Shown: in pieces, positions 39,301 through 46,509 of the stretch
Numbering within the stretch: the stretch's first letter is position 1
How the letters are laid out: each line of letters opens with the position of its first letter
DNA from: an uncultured virus (IMG/VR IMGVR_UViG_3300029964_000032)
Lineage: Duplodnaviria; Heunggongvirae; Uroviricota; Caudoviricetes
IMG/VR virus record: IMGVR_UViG_3300029964_000032
Reading direction: 5' to 3' (one strand)
DNA length: 64,000 bases
The notes under the pieces: model-generated
The model's database searches: none
Seen by the model: the letters and a program-made list of their open reading frames with translations, nothing else
Told to the model about the DNA's origin: nothing
Program-made: the position numbers and the translations under genes

Positions 39301-41899
39301 GCGTTTCGCATACAGAGACGGCTACTTCCAGACTGGTGATCTGTTCCGCCATTTCTTCCAAGACCGTGTTATGGGACCCATCACGGTGAAGATAACGGCA
39401 GCACAGGATGGTTACTTCGCCATGGGCGTGGACTCCACCTCGTCAGCCAAGTACAGTTGCTATCTAAAGGAAGGTGAGAGTCACACCTTTACAGAGGTTG
39501 CAGCAGGAGAAGGCGGCAAGCTCATATACATCTTCGGCGCAGACAAGATAAGCGAGCTTGACATCAGCGGCTGTTCTCCTAAGAATTCAAACTGGATGCT
39601 TAGCGAGTGCACCTTACTGCGCAAGCTTGTCATTGGAGGTGAAGGATATACTCCAGCCTATACCACCGACATACTGAGCACGCTGAACTTAGGACAGATG
39701 CCTTTCTTGGAAGAGATAGACATCAGGAACACGATGATCACCGACGTGAACGCCTCGCTGTGTCCTCGTCTAAGAAAGGTGTTGGCAGAAGGCAGTCTGT
39801 TAAAGTCAATCACACTTGCAGAGAGTTCGCCTATTGATACGCTGCACCTTCCCGGTACAATGACAACTCTGTACTTCAAGAACCTTCCTAATCTGACCTA
39901 TCCCGGTGGTTTGACCATTGACGGAATGGCTAAGGTGACGAAGCTGTTTTTGGACGGAAGCCCGAAGATAGATGCCATGAAGCTGCTGCGAGAGGTAACC
40001 ACGGCCAGTGCGCTGAAGAGTGTACGCATAGCCGGCCTTGCTGCTACGGAAAGCGTAGAGCTGCTGCGAGCCATCAAGAACAATGGAGCCGTAGGCATAG
40101 ACGCAAACGGAGCAGACTATGACGAGAGCGGCCAGTGTAGCGGACTGATAGGCAGATGGATCCTGACCCTACTTTCAGAGGAGAGTGAGATTGCGGAGCT
40201 GAAGCGTTACTTCCCGAACCTTGAAGTTATAAATTCGCAATTCTCTGTCATAAAGATAGACGATGTGGTGAGCGGTGACTTCTGCGAGAAGTACAGCAAC
40301 CCCGAGAACCAGACAGGAGCCGATTACGATAAGAGCTTTGTGGCAAGCGGCCACACATTGAAGATATTGCAGGACACCCATGCTTACAAGTGTACGTACA
40401 ACTCCAAGCTGAAACAGATGGAGGGTGTGCAATTGAGCGATGCAGACTTCAATAAACTTGCTAATGGTGAGAGCTTCGATGTGAGCGACAGCGCAGGTGA
40501 AGGCTTTGACATCTTCCACCACTTGCCTCATTATTGGTACAAGGGCGTGAACGACTACAAGAACCAAGTAAAGTATCACTTTAACTCAATTACAGATAAA
40601 GAGCCGTTATCGACTGTAAACAACCGCAAGGAGGCATTGCTTTCTGAGCTGCTCTATGCAGAAAATACAGGCGTGTATGCTGACGAGGCAACAGTTGGCG
40701 AGACAGTTGGCGATAATATTATTGCCACAGCAGCCAATGCGAATGTCTACCGTATGGACGTTGAGGGCATGAAGCAGGTAAGATGGCCGGGACTTAACCA
40801 CGCTCGTCTTGGTGCCGTCTTTACGGATGCAAACGGCAAGATCGTGGGCAAGTTCATTATGATGGTGAGTCACGCTTACTTCGACTTCTCAATCGGTAAC
40901 TATGTGTTCTGCGATGTGCCAAACGGTGCCAAGTGGATATACTTCACTTCGTATCGTGACATTGGCGACATAAAGTGTCTTGCTGTTGACAGCGAGCATA
41001 TAGAAGCAATAGAACCAGAATGGACTGAGCACACCATTGGTGAGTACGACAGCCTTGTGGGAACATACCCCATCACTATTGACGGACTGAAACGACCTCG
41101 CAGCATATCAGGTGCTGTACGTTCGAAGAAAGGTGACGGCACTTCACAGACCTCTGCAGAATGGGCATACGACACAGACGGTAACCCGACCGAAATGCCG
41201 ACCGGGACAATACACTACACAGCCAAGGATTTCCAGAATAGTGCGCACATGCGCGGAGAGGGCTACCAACTCCAAGACTATGAGCAGCACAAGGAAATCA
41301 GTAACCTGTGGTGGGCGACCCATGGAACGACCGATGAGCAGTCTGTTGTGGGCAATGGTGCACATGACAGCACACTCAACAGTCGTGACGACATCGGCAT
41401 GGCGGACACATCGTATGTGGGCAACTCCATGAACTCAATCATGGGACTCAAACACTATGTGGGCTGTGATAGTGAATGGATGGACTACATTGCAGGAAAT
41501 GTGAAGAGCTACGAGACGTTCTACAAGAACCGTTGCGTGGAGACGAACGAAGATCCTGTAGATTATGTGTTCCACATCTTCGACCCGATTAAGAAGACGG
41601 AGCGAACCGTGCAGAGTGTGAACAGCAACGGCAACTGTGTAGTAAGAGTGGTGCATGGTGCCAAGTGTGACATCTTGCCAAGCAAGGTGCACCAGACAGA
41701 CACCAGCAAATACACTACACACTATGCAGCCGGAGTATGGTTCCCGGGAAGTAGAGGCCGCTGTGTTCTGCGGTCTGGCGGCGTCTCGTATGCGAGCGGC
41801 GGTCTCGCTTATGCGTACGCGAACTACGCTTCTTCGTACTCGTACACGTACTTCGGTGGTCGGCTCGCCTTCCGCGGAAAATTCGTCATAGTCGGATAA
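33338..41899 (+). CDS. 2853-aa tail fibre / receptor-binding protein, DGR target
   Basis: N-terminal coiled coil, LamG-like beta region, CotH-like and LRR-like segments, C-terminal CLec-type end (VLRSG...FGGRLAF) containing VR. Confidence 0.85.
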   Translation: MSSIPTKQIDGDVAVGRDVNIGGKATIRGSAKVGHNLTVDGWLEAKNIKGPNKGLFKTAAQLREAYPNPHEGWWALVTVEGSAASDHLGQLYVADGGTWVAQVDSNGNPLLKGNPTVDSTEYMEAVEGMTADLEAVKVDVNQNKEDVRSLRSTQTTQGESINTLNTKMGTAQSDINTLKKTVSDNKTELASSISGVQKDLTSFKNTKGQPNGLAPLDEQNQIPSQYLPDYVDDVLEFNGSFNDITSQMMSLNKYSTDENCSVVFSKDAGAFVLKYTQPSKTEGDLRPTITYYNNWIDGDLYGEGTMKGRVPHSGKIYIDVTANKTYRWGGSTLVAIGSDLALGHTSGTAYPGDEGAELNSTLQTANIRIEGINILRFDGVWDGTGKAPSRGLWYAPSLDYEGEWCFRKFGGVSTETYGYPEEMYNTDSVGRADHIYCCADELFRIVDKKMQRIGGSGSSASIYNPTVEQGGHYYVLCDTDDTANSAVHAAKENGKAAVGLMITFALKKGTWKTYQYIGANTEDNNWYDTENWKDFGSMVQGSESMIDIDIIAPLPTGFYTLGTALAALKTYQETTSVNYQKRGLVISYTTEANKVETKQYQGDSIADFYEAGLWQDFGGGSKLVASDTMEAGGTDAFSTGGAYKVVPTEIEATEEEGSVSLKLKNKAGDTLSEAQFSVGTGTGGGGGTTLAINFENDPFYVRAGGTAILKAAIRSVTQLSDGSSQDNKIQSVVFINRTTKTTVASFKPNQASSSSLKSYTFEFDLSTIAASAGSVELQAVATDATGKTATRNVEMIAVDVTVESSQTLSYTKSTTLQVGGQKVSIPMYRFPNNASDKGIQTKIEIYRNGVWETLESVLVKDTYTHNVTIDPQGMGHGAYPLRIQGQDVASGLEGNTLHTAVMVIEQRESVSDYTKPIIVARWYDDSDGKTKLFKTVSFDIACYQRDNANPNVEVKVKNETADETETIANKVMNRSSYYTIEKRIVGYNDGDTLIFDATCGEVHLAEQLKVVIDGSMLAISETEGAYYKLNFAGRSNDDIDKSIKATCSDGSMVEVKVNGSNWSSNGFVADNFGTEKADGRMALRVAENVTAACSDTPLASKDIPTNGMALSFTFKVKNIAKRNAKIMWCMGERLGFVLTGEKFIVTTAGDSDEALKDVQTTAATSYLDDTVYRIDIVIEPQARAPYSGVMLCKVFQNGDAAACVPISTVNGFPNIADMIHFDGTDADLYLYEVVRWNTYYDFIQAFNNYIVNLTDTTAMLTEYEQNQVMSDVTAEGTTKPRPDMQKLLDRGIMVVAMTRTSDKNLSKDGGAVTDSEIYYPDYIEGLRDKKTSVLMDWYIYFPDRPWANCVIEAIPTTNQGTSTLAYGVKNKKGKGKKAKRIRMLYTREQISEMYNGDETILAKYDDAAALAKKKKIRVKEGSTPIQNITIKVDYSDSAGANNCAMMELMNDTQIALGSDYMTPAQRHNTDKSEELHTSIDGVTCALFRTDYRIGQDKGTQAATLPENAYFHSKANFNADKGNPHFFGFEDVKGYNYGCVNYGDFKEMVAPRDTTIETYKASVLSDTSSLIPGTLYMLSEFCGPETRFIENDGTGTMKEIGEVAVEDSHVLDKTLSEVQADDVKNYDWGTAYKTSDGKYVQYKGGAWKDTTGTMTYDNATKKWSVQGRVLNPVECYEYRQYQEFCWQQGVNSVDDMLKTLHTDDGDVPVWSTYYEMRYPDDDDLNALYASGKKVPYQLYRELAFCQQCNQNLTDNAEENAAKNPDGSEKVFNGAGASTTITLGGKTVAGTKENRRKKWQQEMHKYYSPHSTHCYVVASDYKATVDQRAKNMMIAVYLETDGRMRYYFNHWYDGDSCDEADNDCYLTIPWDMDGAASHLYQGWDGVMFQQSYALFDRGEGVWLDDAGTETLTLHDTAAKMRATKTKAGLEIFSTDGCYRYWMIDRILKWPKVVSSFDGERKYIETATAADNHYPALHGLRLESLPAFQRKRFAYRDGYFQTGDLFRHFFQDRVMGPITVKITAAQDGYFAMGVDSTSSAKYSCYLKEGESHTFTEVAAGEGGKLIYIFGADKISELDISGCSPKNSNWMLSECTLLRKLVIGGEGYTPAYTTDILSTLNLGQMPFLEEIDIRNTMITDVNASLCPRLRKVLAEGSLLKSITLAESSPIDTLHLPGTMTTLYFKNLPNLTYPGGLTIDGMAKVTKLFLDGSPKIDAMKLLREVTTASALKSVRIAGLAATESVELLRAIKNNGAVGIDANGADYDESGQCSGLIGRWILTLLSEESEIAELKRYFPNLEVINSQFSVIKIDDVVSGDFCEKYSNPENQTGADYDKSFVASGHTLKILQDTHAYKCTYNSKLKQMEGVQLSDADFNKLANGESFDVSDSAGEGFDIFHHLPHYWYKGVNDYKNQVKYHFNSITDKEPLSTVNNRKEALLSELLYAENTGVYADEATVGETVGDNIIATAANANVYRMDVEGMKQVRWPGLNHARLGAVFTDANGKIVGKFIMMVSHAYFDFSIGNYVFCDVPNGAKWIYFTSYRDIGDIKCLAVDSEHIEAIEPEWTEHTIGEYDSLVGTYPITIDGLKRPRSISGAVRSKKGDGTSQTSAEWAYDTDGNPTEMPTGTIHYTAKDFQNSAHMRGEGYQLQDYEQHKEISNLWWATHGTTDEQSVVGNGAHDSTLNSRDDIGMADTSYVGNSMNSIMGLKHYVGCDSEWMDYIAGNVKSYETFYKNRCVETNEDPVDYVFHIFDPIKKTERTVQSVNSNGNCVVRVVHGAKCDILPSKVHQTDTSKYTTHYAAGVWFPGSRGRCVLRSGGVSYASGGLAYAYANYASSYSYTYFGGRLAFRGKFVIVG
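41757..41866 (+). repeat. DGR variable repeat (VR)
   Basis: 110-nt ungapped match to 42104-42213 with 13 mismatches, all at TR adenines. Confidence 0.97.
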
Positions 41900-41928
41900 G
41901 CGGCAAGCGAAGCCACGAAAAAAGCGTC

Positions 41929-41962
41929 AGAGGGAGAGCCGCCACAAGCGGCTGCTCCCTCT
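41929..41962 (+). promoter_or_regulatory. GC-rich hairpin downstream of VR (DGR target-recognition hairpin and/or terminator)
   Basis: AGAGGGAG-AGCCGC-CACAA-GCGGCT-G-CTCCCTCT. Confidence 0.7.
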
Positions 41963-42056
41963 CCTTGTTTGCGACCGGTGTTGAAAAAGGTAACTATCTG
42001 CGCGTAGCGCAGCGAATTTTACAACTGAGAATGAAGGTATTTTCAATTATTTATGT

Positions 42057-42064
42057 TAATTTTG
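42057..42064 (+). promoter_or_regulatory. Bacteroidota -7 promoter element upstream of TR
   Basis: TAATTTTG matches TAnnTTTG, about 40 nt before TR. Confidence 0.55.
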
Positions 42065-42103
42065 CACCGCCCTATCGCTAAGGGCAGGCAGAAAATCCCA
42101 CGC

Positions 42104-42213
42104 GCCGCTGTGTTCTGCGGTCTGGCAACAACTCGAATGCGAACAGCGGTCTCGCTTATGCGAACGCGAACAACGCTTCTTCGAACTCGAACACGAACTA
42201 CGGTGGTCGGCTC
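42104..42213 (+). ncRNA. DGR template repeat (TR)
   Basis: Ten AAY codons in the VR frame; 24 adenines; lies between target gene and RT. Confidence 0.97.
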
Positions 42214-42314
42214 AAATTCTAAGGTTAACAATAATCGGAGGCCTCTGACGTGGCACGGGATTGTCACAACCACACTCCGAGGGGTTAGAGCCTCGGCAAA
42301 AGCATAACAAAAAT

Positions 42315-43799
42315 ATGGAAAGCCGGAACACGACATTAACCACATGTGGGGAGTGCGTCAACTCCCCACAGGACAGGAAGGCTGTCAATCAACTGGAAGA
42401 CTTATTAGGACAGGTAGAAGCTCCAACTTCTATCTGTTTTCCTTTATATAACCTCATCCCGGAAATCATTTCGGACGAAAACATGGAACGCTCGTTCAAG
42501 CGTGTCATGTCGAACCTTCATAACGCCGACACGCGAAGCGGAATAAAATGGAGGGAGAAGGTTGTTATAGATGGTGTGGAATGTACTCCACGCATGGTGC
42601 GCTATATGAAGCGCAAGAAAGAAATTATTGCCGAGCTGAAAGAACAAATAGGCAATGGCACATTTCGTGTTGAGCGTCTGTCTTCGTTTGAGGTGGACGA
42701 TGGTCCGAAGAGAAGAATGGTTCAAGCGCCTCCTGTTGTGAAACGTATAGGCTGCAATGCCATCATGGAGATTGTGGAGAAACACCTTTCGCCATTGCTA
42801 ATAGAAAACACGGCAGCTTCGATAGAAGGACGCGGCCCACACGGACTATTCCACAAGATGCAGGAAGTGAGAGCCGAGAACCCCGACCTTATATATTATT
42901 ATCAAAGCGACTATGAAGGTTATTATGACCACATACTGCACGACAAGATGATTGACATCATCAAGCAGTATATCGCTGACCCTTTGCTGCTACCCATACT
43001 TATAAACTTTGTTAAGGCATTGCACCCAGAAGGTAAAGTAGGCATCAGCAAGGGACTACGCTCCTCGCAGTTCTTCGGTAACCTGTACCACAATGACATT
43101 GACCATGCCATGATAGAGGAGTGTGGAAAAGATAACTACAACCGCTTTTGTGACGACATATACATACTTGGTGACAATAAAAAAGAGTTGTGGAAACACA
43201 GAGACACACTGCACAGACTAAGTAAACCCTACAATCTGATAATCAAGCCTAGTGAAAAGGTTGCTCCAGTGAGCGCAGGAATGGATGCACTGGGTTATAT
43301 TGATTATGGTGACCACTCACGAATACGCAAGCGCACAAAGGTAAACGCTGCAAGGAAACTCGCCAAGATAAAGTCGAGAAAGCGAAGGCAACAAATTATA
43401 GGCTCGTTCAAAGGAATGGCATGTCATGCGGACTGCCAGCATTTATATTATATATTAACAGGTAAAAATATGAAGAAATTTTCAGAAATGGGCGTGACCT
43501 ATAAGCCAGCAGACGGAAAGAAGCGTTTTCCGGGCAAGGTTACACGCTTGGGTGACATCGTGAACATCCCGGTAGAAATTCACGACTACGAGACACTGGA
43601 CACGAAGTTTGGCGAAGACCGCTACTTAGTGTCGTTCAAGAACCCTGCGACACAGGAATGGGGCAAGTTCTTCACCGCTTCGGACGAGATGAAAGGCATC
43701 CTTGACCAGATAAGCGACATCGAGGATGGCTTTCCGTTTGAGACCGTCATCAAGTGCGAACAGTTTGACGGCAGCAAGCGAAAGTATAACTTCACCTAA
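42315..43799 (+). CDS. DGR reverse transcriptase with C-terminal extension
   Basis: ASIEGRGPH, YYYQSDYEGYYDHI, GISKGLRSSQFFGNLY (DGR SQ motif), RFCDD, MDALGY; start uncertain (42261, 42315 or 42483). Confidence 0.93.
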   Translation: MESRNTTLTTCGECVNSPQDRKAVNQLEDLLGQVEAPTSICFPLYNLIPEIISDENMERSFKRVMSNLHNADTRSGIKWREKVVIDGVECTPRMVRYMKRKKEIIAELKEQIGNGTFRVERLSSFEVDDGPKRRMVQAPPVVKRIGCNAIMEIVEKHLSPLLIENTAASIEGRGPHGLFHKMQEVRAENPDLIYYYQSDYEGYYDHILHDKMIDIIKQYIADPLLLPILINFVKALHPEGKVGISKGLRSSQFFGNLYHNDIDHAMIEECGKDNYNRFCDDIYILGDNKKELWKHRDTLHRLSKPYNLIIKPSEKVAPVSAGMDALGYIDYGDHSRIRKRTKVNAARKLAKIKSRKRRQQIIGSFKGMACHADCQHLYYILTGKNMKKFSEMGVTYKPADGKKRFPGKVTRLGDIVNIPVEIHDYETLDTKFGEDRYLVSFKNPATQEWGKFFTASDEMKGILDQISDIEDGFPFETVIKCEQFDGSKRKYNFT

Positions 43800-43809
43800 A
43801 GCGACTCAC

Positions 43810-43850
43810 TAAAGATAAAAGCGTGAATTGGGCTGCATACTATATCTTTG
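43810..43850 (+). promoter_or_regulatory. Promoter downstream of RT
   Basis: TAAAGATAAA (G at 43814) and TATCTTTG 43843-43850. Confidence 0.65.
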
Positions 43851-43872
43851 CCTCAACAAAATCATAGCGACA

Positions 43873-44343
43873 ATGGAAAAGATATACGGCACAACCAAAC
43901 GTCAGGACGGACTGCAACGAGTAGGCAAGAATAAATGGCTGCTCTATTTCGGTCTGTATGAAACAGAGAGCGGTACATACGAATACCGCCATACGTTCAC
44001 GCACAAGCCCACGCTTGACGAGATAAAGAAACTTGTTTGGGCTACGATAGACGCAGAGACCAAAGACAAGATTGTTAATCAGTTTGAGTATGAGGGCATC
44101 AAGGTTTGGCTCACAGACGAGAAGCAGCGTAACTTTGCCTCTATTGAGAACAACGAAAGTGTTACATTCCCACTTACGTTGAAGCTCAATGAGAAAGCCG
44201 ACGCTACACCAATCTATCATACCTTCCAGACGCGAGACGAGTTCAAGAAGTTCAGCGAGGCCGCTGCATGTTTCATTCTTGAAACCATCAGGAACGGATG
44301 GAAAGAGAAGGACAATGTAGATTGGGACGTGTTTGACATGTAA
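43873..44343 (+). CDS. Probable tail-fibre assembly/chaperone protein (DUF4376-like)
   Basis: FTHKPTLDEIK, FEYEGIKVWLTDEKQRNF, GWKEKDNVDW; position after fibre/DGR. Confidence 0.6.
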   Translation: MEKIYGTTKRQDGLQRVGKNKWLLYFGLYETESGTYEYRHTFTHKPTLDEIKKLVWATIDAETKDKIVNQFEYEGIKVWLTDEKQRNFASIENNESVTFPLTLKLNEKADATPIYHTFQTRDEFKKFSEAAACFILETIRNGWKEKDNVDWDVFDM

Positions 44344-44359
44344 TCACAACATTATCAAT

Positions 44360-44394
44360 AAGAGGAACAGGAGAAATCTTGCTCCTCTTTTTTT
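44360..44394 (+). terminator. Intrinsic terminator
   Basis: AAGAGGAACAGGA-GAAA-TCTTGCTCCTCTT followed by a T-run. Confidence 0.8.
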
Positions 44395-44401
44395 GTGCTA
44401 C

Positions 44402-44442
44402 AATAGTTAAAACGACGCTCACCGGTTAAGTCGCTAAATTTG
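44402..44442 (+). promoter_or_regulatory. Promoter for lysis/tail operon
   Basis: AATAGTTAAA (G at 44406) and TAAATTTG 44435-44442. Confidence 0.7.
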
Positions 44443-44461
44443 CCAAGAACATAAAATCATA

Positions 44462-44710
44462 ATGGCAATGAAAAAGATTATTACATGGTTAAAATCCAGC
44501 AACCGCGGCAGACATATCGTAGGCGGCGTTCTCATCGGCTTGGGAGCTGATGATACCTACTGTGCGCTGTATGCCGGAGCTGGTGTAGCCGGAGCCTTGG
44601 AACTTAAAGACAAGTTGTATGGCGGCAAATGGGATTGGGTTGACTTCGGTTGTACGATGGCCGGAGTAGTTGTAGGACGCTTGATAAGAGTAACACTGAC
44701 AGGGAAATGA
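44462..44710 (+). CDS. Small membrane protein in lysis cassette
   Basis: 82 aa, hydrophobic Gly-rich segments, ELKD...WDWVD motif. Confidence 0.65.
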   Translation: MAMKKIITWLKSSNRGRHIVGGVLIGLGADDTYCALYAGAGVAGALELKDKLYGGKWDWVDFGCTMAGVVVGRLIRVTLTGK

Positions 44711-45312
44711 ACGATGTAAGTCAAATTACGCAGGTGGCTAAAGGTATTAGCGACTATGGCATGATGGCAATAACAGCAGCCTTTTTCCTTCTCCTTTCCG
44801 CAGCTATGATGGTGGCCCTCTTCCGTTGGTTCAAGAGCATCATCGAACAGATGATGCAAGACCAGAAGGACAGTATGCACAACCTTGCCGAAGAGACACG
44901 TAAGCAGAACGACATGCTGCAAGACATATCAGAGGGTCTTCGCCCGGAGACATTGTTACGCATCCGCAACCTTACAGGTTTTGCTTTCGACCTCAGCATT
45001 GAGCAGGTGTGCCGACTTATCAAGCGTGTAAGAGAAGAGAACCACATCATAGACCACGAAGCGACAGCAGCGAAGATACGCAAGTCGTTGCTCGTTATAC
45101 ACAACGACCGCAACTCGCGCTTCGACTCTTTCACATATCGAGGTAAATCCATTTCAGAGTTTTGCAGTTCGGAATGGGTGGAGGACGTGGCGAAGATTGT
45201 TGAAGGTGAGATTTATAATGAAGATGGCGCAAACAATGCTCGTGCTTATACTAACATAAAACTTGCGTATGATAATATCAAGACAGACTTTTACCAAAGG
45301 TTGAACGCATAA
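44707..45312 (+). CDS. Probable holin-like membrane protein
   Basis: Single N-terminal TM segment (MMAITAAFFLLLSAAMMVALF) plus coiled coil, directly before endolysin; ATGA overlap with upstream gene. Confidence 0.55.
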   Translation: MNDVSQITQVAKGISDYGMMAITAAFFLLLSAAMMVALFRWFKSIIEQMMQDQKDSMHNLAEETRKQNDMLQDISEGLRPETLLRIRNLTGFAFDLSIEQVCRLIKRVREENHIIDHEATAAKIRKSLLVIHNDRNSRFDSFTYRGKSISEFCSSEWVEDVAKIVEGEIYNEDGANNARAYTNIKLAYDNIKTDFYQRLNA

Positions 45313-45373
45313 ATACAACTTTTGCGTAAAATTATATACAGATTTCTACAACTTTCTAAGCAAATTATATATT

Positions 45374-45970
45374 ATGATTAAAATTCTAATCGACAATGGG
45401 CATGGGGTGAACACCCCCGGCAAATGCAGCCCGGACAAAAGGTTGCGTGAATATGCGTATGCAAGAGAGATTGCAACGCGAGTTGTGAACGAGCTTCGCG
45501 GCATGGGCTACAATGCAGAGCGTGTTGTGGAAGAGGAGCAAGACATTGCACTGTCTGTACGCTGCAAGCGTGTAAACGACATCTGTAAGAAAGTAGGCAC
45601 CAAGAACGTGCTGCTTGTCTCGATCCACAACAATGCAGCAGGAGGCGACGGCAAATGGCATGAGGCGCGAGGCTTTTCTTCCCATGTGGGCATGAACGCA
45701 TCCGCAAAGAGCAAGGCCTTGGCGCAGTATCTTTGGAACGAAGCAATACTTCAAGGACTGAAAGGCAACCGTTGTGTGCCCTATGCCAAGTACATCGCCC
45801 AGAACCTTGCTATCTGTAGAGACACGAACTGCCCTGCAGTGTTGACGGAGAACCTTTTCCAAGACAACAAAGAAGACGTTGACCTGCTGTTGAGTGAGGA
45901 AGGCAAGGAGAAGGTGACAACCGTGCATGTGAACGCTATTGTTGAATTTATCAAAGACTATTATGGATAA
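45374..45970 (+). CDS. Endolysin, N-acetylmuramoyl-L-alanine amidase (Amidase_3)
   Basis: ILIDNGHG, LREY, LVSIHNNA, PAVLTENLF motifs. Confidence 0.92.
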   Translation: MIKILIDNGHGVNTPGKCSPDKRLREYAYAREIATRVVNELRGMGYNAERVVEEEQDIALSVRCKRVNDICKKVGTKNVLLVSIHNNAAGGDGKWHEARGFSSHVGMNASAKSKALAQYLWNEAILQGLKGNRCVPYAKYIAQNLAICRDTNCPAVLTENLFQDNKEDVDLLLSEEGKEKVTTVHVNAIVEFIKDYYG

Positions 45971-46508
45971 GAAGATTTTAGGCTTTTTGTGGGCAATGTT
46001 AGGTGTGGTTGTTGGCATCGTCTGTCTGGTGGGCATCGTGCATTGCGGAGGCTACAGCAAAGATCATGAACCTGCAGATGTGGTGCGTGACACTGTGATT
46101 GACACCATACCTTACTATAAGCCAGTACCCAAGGACAGTTTGGTGTTGACGTACAAGACCGTGACCCTTCCCAAGAGTGACAAGGCGCAGCCATCTATCC
46201 GTGCGGACACACAACCGGCAGAAAGCTGTACACAAAACGATGCGGCAGATGTGCGTGACAGTACGGAGGTTACTATCCCCATCATCCAAAAGATGTATAA
46301 AAGCAGTGACTATACGGCATGGGTGAGCGGATATGACGTGCAGCTTGACAGCATCTATGTATATCCCAAGCATGAGTATGTAACGCGCAAGATTAAGCAG
46401 CCTCCTAAGAAATGGCATATCGGTGTGACGGCAGGTTACGGCTTCGGCAAACAAGGTATGCAGCCATATATAGGCATCGGACTAACGTATTCACTAATTT
46501 CATTCTGA
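45963..46508 (+). CDS. Probable spanin-like lysis protein
   Basis: N-terminal TM segment, VVRDTVIDTI motif, C-terminal amphipathic beta strands ending YIGIGLTYSLISF; follows endolysin. Confidence 0.55.
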   Translation: MDKKILGFLWAMLGVVVGIVCLVGIVHCGGYSKDHEPADVVRDTVIDTIPYYKPVPKDSLVLTYKTVTLPKSDKAQPSIRADTQPAESCTQNDAADVRDSTEVTIPIIQKMYKSSDYTAWVSGYDVQLDSIYVYPKHEYVTRKIKQPPKKWHIGVTAGYGFGKQGMQPYIGIGLTYSLISF

Positions 46509-46509
46509 C

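Noticed and set aside
42053..42307. 84-aa ORF over TR, and the similar ORF 41655-41891 over VR
   Set aside because: Alternative-frame read-through of the repeat pair (RTRT-rich); no Avd-like features
42315..43799. Group II intron or retron RT
   Set aside because: SQ motif plus an adenine-specific TR/VR pair indicate a DGR; no maturase/endonuclease domain or msr-msd recognised
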